DNA from: an uncultured Solirubrobacterales bacterium
GTDB taxonomy: Bacteria; Actinomycetota; Thermoleophilia; Solirubrobacterales; 70-9
Direction of reading: 5' to 3'
DNA: 64,000 bases
Assembly (NCBI GenBank): GCA_963712325.1
Contig: CAVQHG010000005.1
Location: 23,804 to 87,803, forward strand
In this document: in pieces, positions 29,692 through 39,315 of the stretch
Numbering within the stretch: the first letter of the stretch is position 1
Layout of the letters: every line of letters starts with the position of its first letter
Notes under the pieces: generated by a model
Database searches by the model: none
What the model was told of the DNA's origin: nothing
What the model saw: the letters and a program-made list of their open reading frames with translations, nothing else
Program-made: the position numbers and the translations under genes

Positions 29692-31370
29692 CTACGCCGC
29701 AGCGAGCAGCTCGCGCGCGTGGCGGGTGGCCGCTTCGGACTCCCCGCCGAGCATGCGGCGGATCTCCTCGACGACGGCCTCGCCGTCGAGCCGCTCGACC
29801 GTGGCCCGGGCCGGCTCCGCCTCGACCGTCTTCTCGATCCGGAAGTGCGTCTCGGCCAGCGAGGCGACCTGCGGGAGGTGGGTGATGCAGAGCACCTGGC
29901 GACCGCCGCCCAGGGCACGGAGCCGCTCGCCGACCACGCGGGCGGTGTTGCCGCCGACGCCGGCGTCGATCTCGTCGAAGACCATCGTCGGGGCGCCGGC
30001 CGCGTCGCTCTGCAGGCCGCTCAGGGCCAGCATCACGCGGGAGAGCTCGCCCCCGGAGGCGGCGTCGCGCAGCGGGGCGGGCTCGATCCCGGGGTTCGGC
30101 GCCACCCTCAGCTCGACCGACTCGGCGCCACCGGCATTGAAGCCTCCCGGCGGTGGCTCGAGGATGACCTCGAGCCGGGCGCCGGGCATGGCGAGCTGCT
30201 CCAGCTCCTCGGCGACCCGCTCGCACAGGGGCTCCGCGGCCGCGGCGCGGCCGGCGCCCAGCCGCCCGGCGAGCTCCGCGCGACGCGCCTCCGCTTCTGC
30301 GAGGGCCGCCCGCGCCTCCGCCCCGCGCTCCTCGGCGCCCTCGAGGCGGGCGATCTCCTCCCGGCAGCGCTCGGCGTGGGCGAGAACCGCCTCGACACTG
30401 CCGCCGTGCTTGCGTCGCAGTCGATCGACCGCATCGAGGCGCTCCTCCACGGCGGCGAGCCGCGCCGGATCGGAGTCGACGCCCTCGGCGTGGTCGCGCA
30501 GCCCGGCGGCGACGTCGCCCAGCTCGACCCCGAGCGCCGCGAGACGCGCGGCGAGCTCGTCCAGGCCCCGGTCGACACCCTCGACGCCGCCGAGGCCCGC
30601 CTCGGCCCGGGCGATGGCGGCGACCGCGCCGCCGCCGTCCTCTTCGGCGCCGGCGAGGCCGGCGTGTGCCATGGCGGCGGCGTCGCGCAGCGCCTCGGCG
30701 TGGCGCAATCGCCCGCGCTCCTCGAGGAGCGCCTCGACCTCGGCCGGATCGGGGTCGACCTCCTCGATCTCGGCGAGCTCGAAGCGGTTGAGGTCGAGGT
30801 CGCGCTCGCGCGAGCCCTCCCTCCCCCGCAGCTCCTCCAGCTCGGCGGCAAGGCGCAGGCACCTGCGGTGGGCCTCCCGATAGCCGTCCCTGAGCTGCAG
30901 GTGATCGACGCCCGCGAAGCCGTCGAGGACGTCCATCTGCGCGGAGGAGAGCGTCAGTCGCCGGTGCTCGTGCTGGCCGTAGAAGGCGAGCAGCCTGGCG
31001 CCGAGCAGCTTCAGGTCGGCGGCGCTCGCCGCCCGCCCGGCGACGAACGCCGTGGTGCGACCCGCCGAGGAGACGCGGCGGCCGAGCACGACCTCCGCGG
31101 CACCCTCGGGCAGGCGCTCCGCGAGCTCGGCCATCTCGGGCTCCTCGAGCAGGCCGGGAGGCAGGTCGAAGCAGCCCTCAACCCACGCCTCGGCGGCACC
31201 GGGCCGGACGATCTGGGGCCGAGCACGACCCCCCGTGAGCAGGTCGAGCGAGTGCGCGAGGACGGTCTTGCCGGCGCCCGTCTCGCCGGTGATCGCGTTA
31301 GCCCCGGGCCGAGGCGCAGCTCCGCGCGCTCGATCAGCAGCAGGTTCTCGATGCGCAGCTCACGCAGCAC
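29692..31370 (-). pseudogene. recN: DNA repair protein RecN, one frameshift near 31300 as sequenced
   Basis: GTG 31370 gives VLRELRIENLLLIERAELRLGPGL. The expected NAITGETGAGKTVLAHSLDLL Walker A continues in another frame (1 nt missing at GGGCT-AACGCG). The remaining 480 aa are intact (ORF 29692..31134), ending in a Walker B/signature region. Confidence 0.85.
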
Positions 31371-31436
31371 GCATCCTGTGTAGCAGCGGGCGCGGACCGA
31401 CCCGGGCCGGGCGGGCCGCAAATTGCGGAAGCGGGG

Positions 31437-32948
31437 CTAACCGCGGGCGGCGGGCCCGTCGGTCGCCTGCACGAAGTCGCGGGCGCGGACCAGGACGAAG
31501 CCGAGGATCGCACCGATCAGGCAGACGACCGCCGCAATCAGCACGATCTCGTTGAAGGCGCTGACGAAGGCCTCCGTCGCGGCGTTCCCATAGGCGGCCT
31601 CGTGCCCGGCGGGGCGAATCTTCGGCTGCCTTGGTCCCCCCCGAGGCGACCATCTCCCCCAGGCCGTGCCTGGCGCCAGGCAGGATCTCGGCGATGCGGG
31701 AGTCGATCCGCGACTGGAAGACCGCCCCCAGCACGGCGACGCCGGTCGCGATCCCGACCTGCCGGAAGGTGGTGTTGATCCCCGAGCCCATCCCCGAGCG
31801 CTCGACGGGGACGACGCCGATCGCCGCCTGTCCGATGCCGGGGTTTGCCGTCCCGATCCCCACTCCGGCGACGAGGAACCCGGCGAGCAGGGCGGTCCAG
31901 CCCGAGTCGGGCGAGACCCCGTGGATCGAGCAGCAACCCGAGCCCGACCAGGCCGAGGCCGACCCCGAGCAGCACCCGGATCGGGATCCGGTGGGAGAGC
32001 GAGCCGGCGATCGGCGCGACGACGAAGGAGAGCACCGTCATCGGCAGGAAGCGGAGGCCCGCCTGCAGCGGCTCGTAGCCGAGCACGCCCTGGATGTAGA
32101 GCGTCAGGTAGAGGAACATCGCGAACATCCCCGCCGAGAGGCAGAAGGCGACGGCCGAGACGCCGTTGAAGGCCGGTTTGCGGAACAGCCGGAAGTCGAG
32201 CATCGGGTGGGGGCTGCGCATCTCCACCGCGACGAAGGCGAGCAGCATCGCCGCCGACCCGGCCAGCGAGCCGACGATCAGGGCGCTGCCCCAGCCCTCC
32301 GGGTTGCCGCGGATCAGGCCGAAGATGAGCAGGAAGAGCCCCAGCGAGAAGGTGATCAGACCCGGCAGGTCGACGCGCTCCGCGTATTCGGCGGCGACAT
32401 TGGCGAGCCTCAGCTCGGTGAGCGCGATCGCCGCCAGCCCGATCGGGACGTTGACGAAGAAGATCCACTCCCAGCCGAGGTGCTCGGTGATCACGCCGCC
32501 GACCAGGGGCCCGATCGCGACCGCCCCGCCCATCGGTCGCCCCCCAGACGCCGAACGCCGTCGCCCGGTCGCGACCGTGGAACTCCTGGCCGATCAGCGC
32601 CAGGGAGGTTGCGAACATCGCCGCTCCGCCCACCCCCTGCAGGCCACGGGCGAGGTTGAGCAGGGTCGGCTCGCCGGCCAGCCCGCAGAGGAAGGAGGCG
32701 GCTGTGAAGATCCCGAACCCGATCGAGAAGACGCGGCGCCGGCCGAGGCGGTCTCCGAGCGACCCGGCGGTGAGCAGGAACGCGGCCAGGGTGAGGGTGT
32801 AGGCGTCGACGACCCACTGCAGGCTGGAGAGGCTGGCGTCGAGTTGGCGCTGGATGTCGGGCAGGGCGACGTTGACGACGGTGATGTCGAGCAGCAGCAT
32901 GAACGTCGCCACCGAGATCAGGATCAGGGTCCACCACTTGCGCTGCAT
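31437..32948 (-). pseudogene. MFS transporter (DHA2/EmrB-like, 14-TM type), about 3 frameshifts as sequenced
   Basis: The N-terminus MQRKWWTLILISVATFMLLLDITVVNVALPDIQ...LGDRLGRRRVF is classic DHA2. Reading continues in other frames at about 32535, 31928 and 31620 (pieces in ORFs 31538..32533, 31360..31863 and the tail of 31437..33851). Confidence 0.7.
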
Positions 32949-33001
32949 GGCGCGCAAGCCTATTGAGGGGCGCCGGGCGCGCGCCCGGAACCGCCTGGCG
33001 C

Positions 33002-33851
33002 TCAGACGGCGAGGTGGCCGAACTTCTCGCGGATCCGCTGATAGAAGCTCGTCCCCGGCAGCTGGGCGAGCAGGCTGACGGCGTCGGTGAAGCGGACCTC
33101 GACCTGCCCGGCCGGGGCGAGCTCGCCGAGCCGCTCTCCGTCGACGGCGATCTCGACCGGCTCGCGGCCGGCCGCGTTGCCGATATGCAGCACGTCGGAG
33201 GGCGCGACGACCAGCGCCCGCGCGGTCAGCGAGTGCGGGGAGATGTAGCTGACCACGTAGCCCTTGACGCCCCAGGCGAGGATCGGGCCGTGGTTTGCGA
33301 GGTTGTAACCGGTCGAGCCGACCGGGGTCGAGGCGACCAGGCCGTCGCAGCGCACGTGCCCGACCTCCTCGCCGGCGATCTTGTAGCTGAGCTCCGCGAC
33401 CCGATCCTGCGGGCCTGCGCGTGAAGCTGACGTCGTTGAGGCCGGTCCGGGTCGTGCCCTCGACCTCGACCTCGAGTCCCGGCAGGTCGATCGCCTCGGT
33501 CTCCGACGCGAAGGCGCGGCGCAGGCCCTCGGCGGCGTCGTCGCGGTCGACCGCGGCGAGGAAGCCGACGGTGCCGAAGTTGACGCCGAAGACCGGCACG
33601 CCGGTGCGCGGCGAAGTGCCGCAGGCCGTGCAGGATCGAGCCGTCCCCGCCGAGCACGACGCAGAGGTCGATCCCGTCGTGGCCGGCCGGTGGCCTCCTC
33701 CAGCGCGGCCCCCACCTCGCCGTGCTTGGCGACGCTCGCCGGCGGTGGCGACGATCCGCCAGCCGGCCTCGGCGGCGACGGCGACCGCCTGCTCGACAGC
33801 CTCGGTCGGCGAGGGAGGGTGGGAATGGCTGATCAGCGCCGCGGTCCTCAT
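33002..33851 (-). pseudogene. nadK: NAD kinase, at least 4 frameshifts as sequenced
   Basis: The pieces are spread over three frames. They are [14 protein letters not shown]..., GIDLCVVLGGDGSILHG, GVPVFGVNFGTVGFLA and GHVRCDGLVASTPVGSTGYNLANHGPIL... Confidence 0.75.
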
Positions 33852-33918
33852 AACAGTCGCGCCTTCGCTCGCTGCGCAACAGAGTCAAGTTTCGATTGCT
33901 GGCTCGCTCGGCGCTCCC

Positions 33919-34701
33919 TCATACATCGACCTCTTCGATTGCTTCGGCGAGGTCTGCGATTCCGGTACCCGCCCGGGCGCAGCGAACAAAGGTCTCCCGG
34001 TTGCCCTTCGGCCCCGGCAGGCCGGAGGGCGCGAAGCCGAGCACGGCGAGGCCGACCTCCCGAGCCGCCCGGGCAACGCCGAGGACGGCCTCGCGCCGGT
34101 CCTCCGGATCCCCCACGACCCCCCTGCCGACGCGGGCGCGGCCGAGCTCGAACTGCGGCTTGACCATCGCCAGCAGCTCGCCGTCCGCGGTCAGGCAGCC
34201 GGCGACCGCGGGCAGCACCTTGGCCAGGGAGATGAAGGAGACGTCGAGGACCGCGAGCTGGGCGGCGAAGGGCAGATCCGCGCGCCGCAGCCGCCGCGCG
34301 TTGAGGCGCTCGACCACGGCCACGCGGGGGTCCTCGCGCAGCGATTGGGTCGATCTGCCCATAGGCGACGTCGACTGCCGCGACCCGGGCGGCGCCACGC
34401 TGCAGCAGGCAGTCGGTGAAGCCTCCGGTCGAGGCGCCTACGTCCAGGCAGTCGCGGCCGGCGACGTCGAGGCCGAGAGCATCGAGAGCGTTGTCGAGCT
34501 TGATCCCGCCGCGGGAGACGAAGCGGGGGCCCGAATCGACCAGCAGGGCGGCATCCGGCTCGACCAGCTGGCTCGGGCGCAGGGCGACGGGCCGTCCTCG
34601 CCGAGCCTCACCTCGCCCGCCCGGACCGCACCCGCCGCGGCGGAGCGCGAGGGGAACATCCCCCGCTCGGCGAGAACCGCGTCTATGCGCGCCTTGCTCA
34701 C
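33919..34701 (-). pseudogene. tlyA: TlyA-family rRNA 2'-O-methyltransferase, 2 frameshifts as sequenced
   Basis: S4 domain [33 protein letters not shown], then [44 protein letters not shown], then [18 protein letters not shown]...MVKPQFE. The three pieces are in three frames (breaks at about 34590 and 34350). Confidence 0.75.
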
Positions 34702-34779
34702 GGGGGAACGGTACTGCGCGCCGCCGAGGAGCCGGATCTTTAGCCGATTTCCAGCGGTTCTTTATCCCATGCTTAATAT

Positions 34780-34808
34780 TTAGTAGAATGCTTTTCGCGA
34801 TCTCGCAA
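34780..34808 (-). promoter_or_regulatory. candidate sigma-70-type promoter upstream of tlyA
   Basis: The minus strand reads TTGCGA-17 nt-TACTAA in an unusually AT-rich stretch about 75-105 nt upstream of the tlyA ATG. Confidence 0.25.
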
Positions 34809-34841
34809 TCACCGCTTGGGATGCGGGCTCTGTGATCCGAA

Positions 34842-35036
34842 TCACACACGAAGCGCACATATGTTCGTATCCTGGTTCAAGGATTCGACGAGGAGGCCGA
34901 TAGGTACTCGACATAAGACTTCTCGGTTGGATTCCGCGCCGTCGATATAGCTGGCATCGATTCCCACGATGTCCGCACCGAGCGGCACCAAGGAATCCGG
35001 CCCACCTCCCATCGATCCACATATACAGAGATACAT
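34842..35036 (-). CDS. 64-codon ORF, possibly an amputated N-terminus of a Rossmann/SAM-methyltransferase-like gene
   Basis: ATG 35036 directly follows GGGAGGAGAGAT from the repeat element. The peptide [37 protein letters not shown] resembles MTase motifs I and II. The stretch is much AT-richer than the window average. Confidence 0.35.
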   Translation of the reverse strand: MYLCICGSMGGGPDSLVPLGADIVGIDASYIDGAESNREVLCRVPIGLLVESLNQDTNICALRV

Positions 35037-35120
35037 ATCTCTCCTCCCTGTAGTAACCCCAGAAGCGCCCCGTCGAAAGGCGGGGCGTCTTCTGTTGGGG
35101 GGCCGCTCTGGCAAGCCAAA
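35037..35120. repeat. box+hairpin element, copy 1 (84 nt, 83/84 identical to copy 2)
   Basis: ATCTCTCCTCCCTGTAGTAACCCCAG followed by the hairpin CAGAAGCGCCCCG-tcgaaagg-CGGGGCGTCTTCTG, then GGGGGGCCGCTCTGGCAAGCCAAA. Confidence 0.9.
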
Positions 35121-35251
35121 GATCGACCAATCCCCCATTCCCGCAGGGATGTCGCTGTTTGCCAACCCGCGGCGATCGGCGACGGTCGACATTCGTTCGC
35201 AACTGGATGCCCTTGTCGCCGAATACGACCGGTTTTTTGGATTTGGGTTCC

Positions 35252-36406
35252 TTAGGTGCGGGTGCCCGACTGCCTCGGCGCACCGCTGGGCCCCGGCGCG
35301 ACGCCGTCTTCTTCTAGGACCCCCTTCAGCGCCTCCCCCCAGAGCTCGGGGGCGTTCGCCTCGAGGAAGGCCGACACGTTTTCGAAGTGGCGCACGGCCT
35401 CCTGCCCACGATCCTCGAGCTTGATTCGCCAGCGGATCGACGTGCCGCCGCCTTCGAGGGGGACGAACTCCATCGTCTCGAGCGAGCGGGGCATCATCGG
35501 CGGTCCGTTGGGAAGCGGCGTGAAGCGGCTGGTGAAGTAGCGGAAGGGGCGCCAGTCGAGATACTCGCGCAGAGCGTCGCCGGCCTCGCCGTGCGCGCAG
35601 TGACTTGCCGCGCCCACTCCCATCCGCCCGCCGTCGTTGGGCTGGTTCTCCGACTGCGGTCTGGAAAGGCTGCCAGCGCAGGCGCTTGTCGGCGTCGACC
35701 CAGTACTGCCAGATGGCAGCCGCGGGAAAGGGCAACTCCATCTCGACCTCGAAATCGGCGTCGCCCGGACCGATGTACGCACGGCGGGCCTCGCGCATCC
35801 GCTCCAGGGCGGGCTTCAGGTCGTAGACGCCCCCGGCGACCTCGCCGAAGGCGTCGTAGGTCTCGCGTGTGCCGGGGCAGCTCGAAGGACGACGGCAGCC
35901 GCCGTTGGCAGGCCTCGGTGAAGAAGGCATACGCCTCCGGCCCGCCGTCTTCGCCGATGCTGTTCTTCAAGAGCCGGTGAACGAGGATGACGTCGGGGCC
36001 GGCAAGGTCCTCGCGGCCGTCTCTCGCTTTCGATCATGAAGCTCCCATAGTGCGTTAGGAACTTCAGGTCGAGAGAAGGGATCGCTGCGCACGCGTCACA
36101 ACGACAGGTGGTTCCGCGCTCCATGTCCTGAAGCCGGTTGGCGAAATCGAAGTAGCACGCCTCGACCAACTCAATCAACCGCTCACCGTGTTCAAAGGTC
36201 TCGTCCTCCGCGTAGCAAAAGACGGCATCGCCCTCCAGCTTCACGAACCGCATCGGAGGCGCGAGCCGTTCGCGGATCAGCTTGGTCAGCTCGCCGATGA
36301 TGGCGTGGGCATGCTCGAGCTCGGTGCCGGTGAGGAACGCCGTGTATCCCGAGATGTCGGCCAAGAGCAGGTAGCCCTGCCGGGGCGATTGATCGGGGCT
36401 GGTCAT
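35252..36406 (-). pseudogene. DUF2652-like protein (nucleotidyl-cyclase-fold N-terminal domain plus SRPBCC-like C-terminal domain), about 3 frameshifts as sequenced
   Basis: N-terminus GYLLLADISGYTAFLTGTELEHAHAIIGELTKLI...FVKLEGDAVFCY...TTCRCDACAAIPSLDLKFLTHYGSF. It continues in other frames as LVHRLLKNSIGEDGG..., YDAFGEVAGGVYDL...IWQYWVD, and ...REYLDWRPFRYFTSRF. One break falls at a G4 run (35874-35877). Confidence 0.55.
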
Positions 36407-36613
36407 TCCGGGCGCCCCGGGCTAGGTGTATGCCGATCCGTGGGGGGGCCAAGGTTTCGCTTCAACGATAGCCCGGCATCCATGGGAGCGGTGCTACCCG
36501 TGCCACAGTCGTGCCACAGTCGTCGCCTGAAACAACCGGATTCAGCCGGAACCAGCCGAATGGTATTTGGCTTGAACATGCGGTTTTCCGCCTTCCCAGG
36601 CGGATGGCGGTCG

Positions 36614-36697
36614 ATCTCTCCTCCCTGTAGTAACCCCAGAAGCGCCCCGTCGAAAGGCGGGGCGTCTTCTGTTGTGGGGCCGCTCTGGCAAGCCAAA
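36614..36697. repeat. box+hairpin element, copy 2
   Basis: Same 84 nt as 35037-35120 with a single G/T difference. It lies 208 nt upstream (minus-strand sense) of the DUF2652-like start. Confidence 0.9.
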
Positions 36698-36900
36698 TTC
36701 GGCGAGGCCCACAAGGCGAGGGCGAGAGCCTATCCGGCCGCGGATCAGGCTCGTGCCACAGTCCGTGCCACGGTCATGCAGCGCCAGGGCACGGATCGGC
36801 TCCCCGAGCAATCCTTCGGGCAGCGGCCGGCGGCCAGCTTCGAGGATGAACGCGCGAGAGCCGGCCCGCGGCTCAGGTGGGCCGGCTCTCCTGAGGGGGC

Positions 36901-37176
36901 TCAGTCGCGCTGCAGGAAATGCGCCTCGAGGGACTCGAGGTCGACGCCGCTGCGCTCCATGGCGCTTTTCAGATCCTCGTTGGACAGGAAGGCACGGGCG
37001 GCCTCCGGTGACTCGAAATCGTGGGTGACGGCGACGACCCCGTCGCCATTGCCGGGCCGGAGCACCTGGGCGTCGGTGACGCCACCCTGCCGGCGAAGCT
37101 CATCGACCGAGTCGTAGGCCTCGCGCCAGGAGTCGTAGTCGTCGACGCGATGCAGAATCAGAGCGGTGGTGGCCAT
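36901..37176 (-). CDS. small alpha+beta protein (Dabb/stress-responsive-barrel-like), function unknown
   Basis: 91-aa clean ORF, MATTALILHRVDDYDSWREAYDSVDELRRQGGV...VTHDFESPEAARAF. It is divergent from a MarR gene. Confidence 0.45.
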   Translation of the reverse strand: MATTALILHRVDDYDSWREAYDSVDELRRQGGVTDAQVLRPGNGDGVVAVTHDFESPEAARAFLSNEDLKSAMERSGVDLESLEAHFLQRD

Positions 37177-37216
37177 TTGCGTCCTCCTTGGTGGGGTGAG
37201 TGTGCTCTTGCTAGGG

Positions 37217-37238
37217 TATTTGCTTCCGACAGCAAATA
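37217..37238. promoter_or_regulatory. perfect 8-6-8 palindrome, candidate MarR operator
   Basis: TATTTGCT-tccgac-AGCAAATA in the AT-rich divergent spacer between 37176 (minus-strand gene start) and the MarR gene. Confidence 0.45.
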
Positions 37239-37338
37239 ACTATTACCAGGTGAAAGTAACTTCGTCAAACGAAATCGCCCCGAGCCGGCCGAGCCGGATC
37301 CCTTCGACGAGCGGGAGTTCCGCGCCTGGCGGGGCTTC

Positions 37339-37786
37339 ATGCGTGTCCACCGCACCGTGACGGACGAGCTGGCGCGGCGACTCGAGCGGGCCCACGACTC
37401 TGCCGCTAATCCAGTACGGGGTCCTGATCACGCTTGTCACTGCCCCAGGTCGCCGGTTGCGGATGACCGACCTCGCCGAGCGGGTGCTGATCAGCCCGAG
37501 CGGGATGACGCGGGCGGTCACTCGGCTGCAGGCGCAGGGCTTCGTCGAGCGCGAGCGGGACCCGGACGACCTGCGCAGCCTCATCGTCTCGATGACGCCC
37601 GCCGGTCTCCGCAGGCTGCGGGAGGCGCAGGTCACCCATCATGCCTGCGTTCGCGAGTTGCTCTTCGGCGGCCTCGAGGGCGACGACCTCGAGCGTCTGG
37701 CGGCCATCTTCGACCACGCCTTGCCGGGCGTGCTCGACGCTCCTGTCTGGCCAGCACCGACCGAGCAGCCTCCTCAGCCGGCCTGA
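37339..37786 (+). pseudogene. MarR-family transcriptional regulator, one frameshift near 37396 as sequenced; true start probably upstream
   Basis: FRAWRGFMRVHRTVTDELARRLERAHD | LIQYGVLITLVTAPGRRLRMTDLAERVLISPSGMTRAVTRLQAQGFVERERDPDDLRS. The wHTH core is in ORF 37457..37786 and the N-terminal part is in the frame of ORF 37339. Confidence 0.7.
37728..37770 (+). repeat. 43-nt repeat, copy 1 (3' end of MarR gene)
   Basis: GCGTGCTCGACGCTCCTGTCTGGCCAGCACCGACCGAGCAGCC. 39/43 identical to 38124-38166. Confidence 0.8.
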
Positions 37787-37810
37787 CGGACGCCGCCCGC
37801 TCCCCGGCCG

Positions 37811-38035
37811 CTACTGCCCCTCGGGATCGCCGAGATGTTCAATGAAGATGTCTGAGCCTGGAAAGACCTCGGACTCATGCCCGTCGCTCCAACGCACCAA
37901 GTAGGGCGGTGCTCCATCCTCGCCGAGCACTTTGAGGATCTCACCGTCACGCTGCGGCTCCCCCGTGTGGTGTCCCTTGACGACCAGCCGATCGCCCGGA
38001 CTTGCTTCGAATATTGAATCGTCAGCTGATGCCAT
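37811..38035 (-). CDS. DUF1918-family small protein
   Basis: 74 aa from ATG 38035. GDRLVVKGHHTGEPQRDGEILKVLGEDGAPPYLVRWSDGHESEVFPGSD matches my memory of DUF1918. Confidence 0.65.
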   Translation of the reverse strand: MASADDSIFEASPGDRLVVKGHHTGEPQRDGEILKVLGEDGAPPYLVRWSDGHESEVFPGSDIFIEHLGDPEGQ

Positions 38036-38123
38036 CGCGTTCCTTTCGGTCCGTGGAACCCGATTGTCGCGGCCGGACCGCGAAAGGCGCATCCGGGATA
38101 AGCCCCATTGCCGTGGCTACCGA

Positions 38124-38166
38124 GCGTGCTCGACGCCCCTGTCTGGCCGGCACCAACCGAGGAGCC
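38124..38166 (+). repeat. 43-nt repeat, copy 2 (non-coding duplicate of the MarR 3' end)
   Basis: GCGTGCTCGACGCCCCTGTCTGGCCGGCACCAACCGAGGAGCC. Confidence 0.8.
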
Positions 38167-38235
38167 CGGCAGCGGTGACGTCTCCAGGTTCTCCTCGATG
38201 CCCCAACCCGGCGACCGCCATCCTGAAGGCACCTG

Positions 38236-38490
38236 ATGGTGCCAATGCCTCGACAGCTCATAAGTGGCCTGACAGGAGCGGCCCAGACTCTTTCTATCCT
38301 TGTTCGGCGAGGTGGGTGGTCCCTTTCGATCGGGGCGCTGGCCGTCGCAACAGCGCCGATTGTCGGAGCCAACCCGTCGCCCCCAACTGAAGGGGGCAAC
38401 GGCGCCGGTAAGTCCGGGCAGTGCACCGGCAAGAACTCGGAACGCCCGGCTTCCTGCAAGAGCCAGGGCGGTCCAGGCAACCAGCCGTAG
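38236..38490 (+). CDS. small secreted Gly-rich peptide precursor with a Cys pair
   Basis: Hydrophobic stretch SLSIGALAVATAPIVGANP, then PSPPTEGGNGAGKSGQCTGKNSERPASCKSQGGPGNQP. A strong terminator follows 8 nt after the stop. The start codon is uncertain. Confidence 0.4.
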   Translation: MVPMPRQLISGLTGAAQTLSILVRRGGWSLSIGALAVATAPIVGANPSPPTEGGNGAGKSGQCTGKNSERPASCKSQGGPGNQP

Positions 38491-38497
38491 GAGCCCG

Positions 38498-38545
38498 GCG
38501 CCGGGCGGCCTCTGCGAATCCCAGGTGGCCGCCCGGCGCTTTCAA
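38498..38545 (+). terminator. rho-independent terminator
   Basis: Perfect 13-bp stem GCGCCGGGCGGCC / GGCCGCCCGGCGC with a 16-nt loop, followed by TTTCAA. Confidence 0.65.
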
Positions 38546-38559
38546 CCATCTCTCGCGGG

Positions 38560-39044
38560 AGTTGCCAGTGGTGGCTCGACCGCGTGGCCGAATCACTGTG
38601 GTCCATCGCCTCGATGACCACTGCGGCTGGAAGCCGACGTTCCCCCTTGCTCTCGGAGGGCTGCACGTTCAGCCTCCGCAAGCTGGCGGCCAATGCTGAT
38701 TCCAATGCCTCGCCGGGTTCGCGCGGTCCCAACACGGTCGCCACAACTCGAATCCCATCTGGCGCGTGCTCGGCCTCTGGCACTCCGAGAAGATCCAGCA
38801 TTCCACCTCGGACGCCTTCGACGCTGCCCATCTCCGATCGAGAGAACCCCACCCTCTTATTGCCTTTCCTGGGCTCGATCGCGTCGTGAAAATCGCTCGT
38901 CGTTCCCGGTCCAGTGCCCACGATCATGCAGGCCGAGGAACGGCCACGCAAATCCGCAGCTCCCACGTATGACAAGTAGTTCAATCCGGTGACGCGGCGT
39001 GTGGCCTGCTCAGTCGGCGCCGCTGCGACGTCCCCTGCCGACAA
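38560..39044 (-). CDS. hypothetical protein (only the N-terminal part of ORF 38022..39044 looks coding)
   Basis: Moderate-GC stretch with coding-like composition (MIVGTGPGTTSDFHDAIEP...GIRVVATVLGPREPGEALESALAASLRRL). There is no recognisable family. The ORF runs on through the terminator and the DUF1918 promoter, so the 3' end is unclear. Confidence 0.2.
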
Positions 39045-39315
39045 GGGCCTGGAGCACGCGGCCGAGCCGGTGCCGCGGGCCGGTCGGGGATCGCGGCTGG
39101 GCGGCCAGCCACTCCTCGCGGGTCGGGAGCCTCCCCGCCCTCCTCTCGGCCAGCACGCATTCGGTGTGGGCGTGCCGGCGCCGGCCCATGTCTCCCTCGG
39201 GGGCGACGAGGACGTGCTCGCTGAGGGCCGGTAGGTACTCGCCGCAGAACGGGCAGCGGTAGGTGGCCGGCTTCCTGTTCTGCGCCCTGCGCATCGACCA
39301 CCAGCGGACGGTCAT
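39010..39315 (-). CDS. conserved small zinc-ribbon protein
   Basis: 101 aa, basic N-terminus then YRCPFCGEYLP...RRRHAHTECV (a CxxC...HxxC arrangement). I recall similar small actinobacterial proteins. Confidence 0.5.
   Translation of the reverse strand: MTVRWWSMRRAQNRKPATYRCPFCGEYLPALSEHVLVAPEGDMGRRRHAHTECVLAERRAGRLPTREEWLAAQPRSPTGPRHRLGRVLQALVGRGRRSGAD

Noticed and set aside
31437-33851. 804-aa ORF that would span the MFS transporter and NAD kinase regions.
   Set aside because: It is a chimera. Only its two ends (the MFS C-terminal and N-terminal pieces and the NadK N-terminus) carry real motifs. The middle is out-of-frame read-through created by indels.
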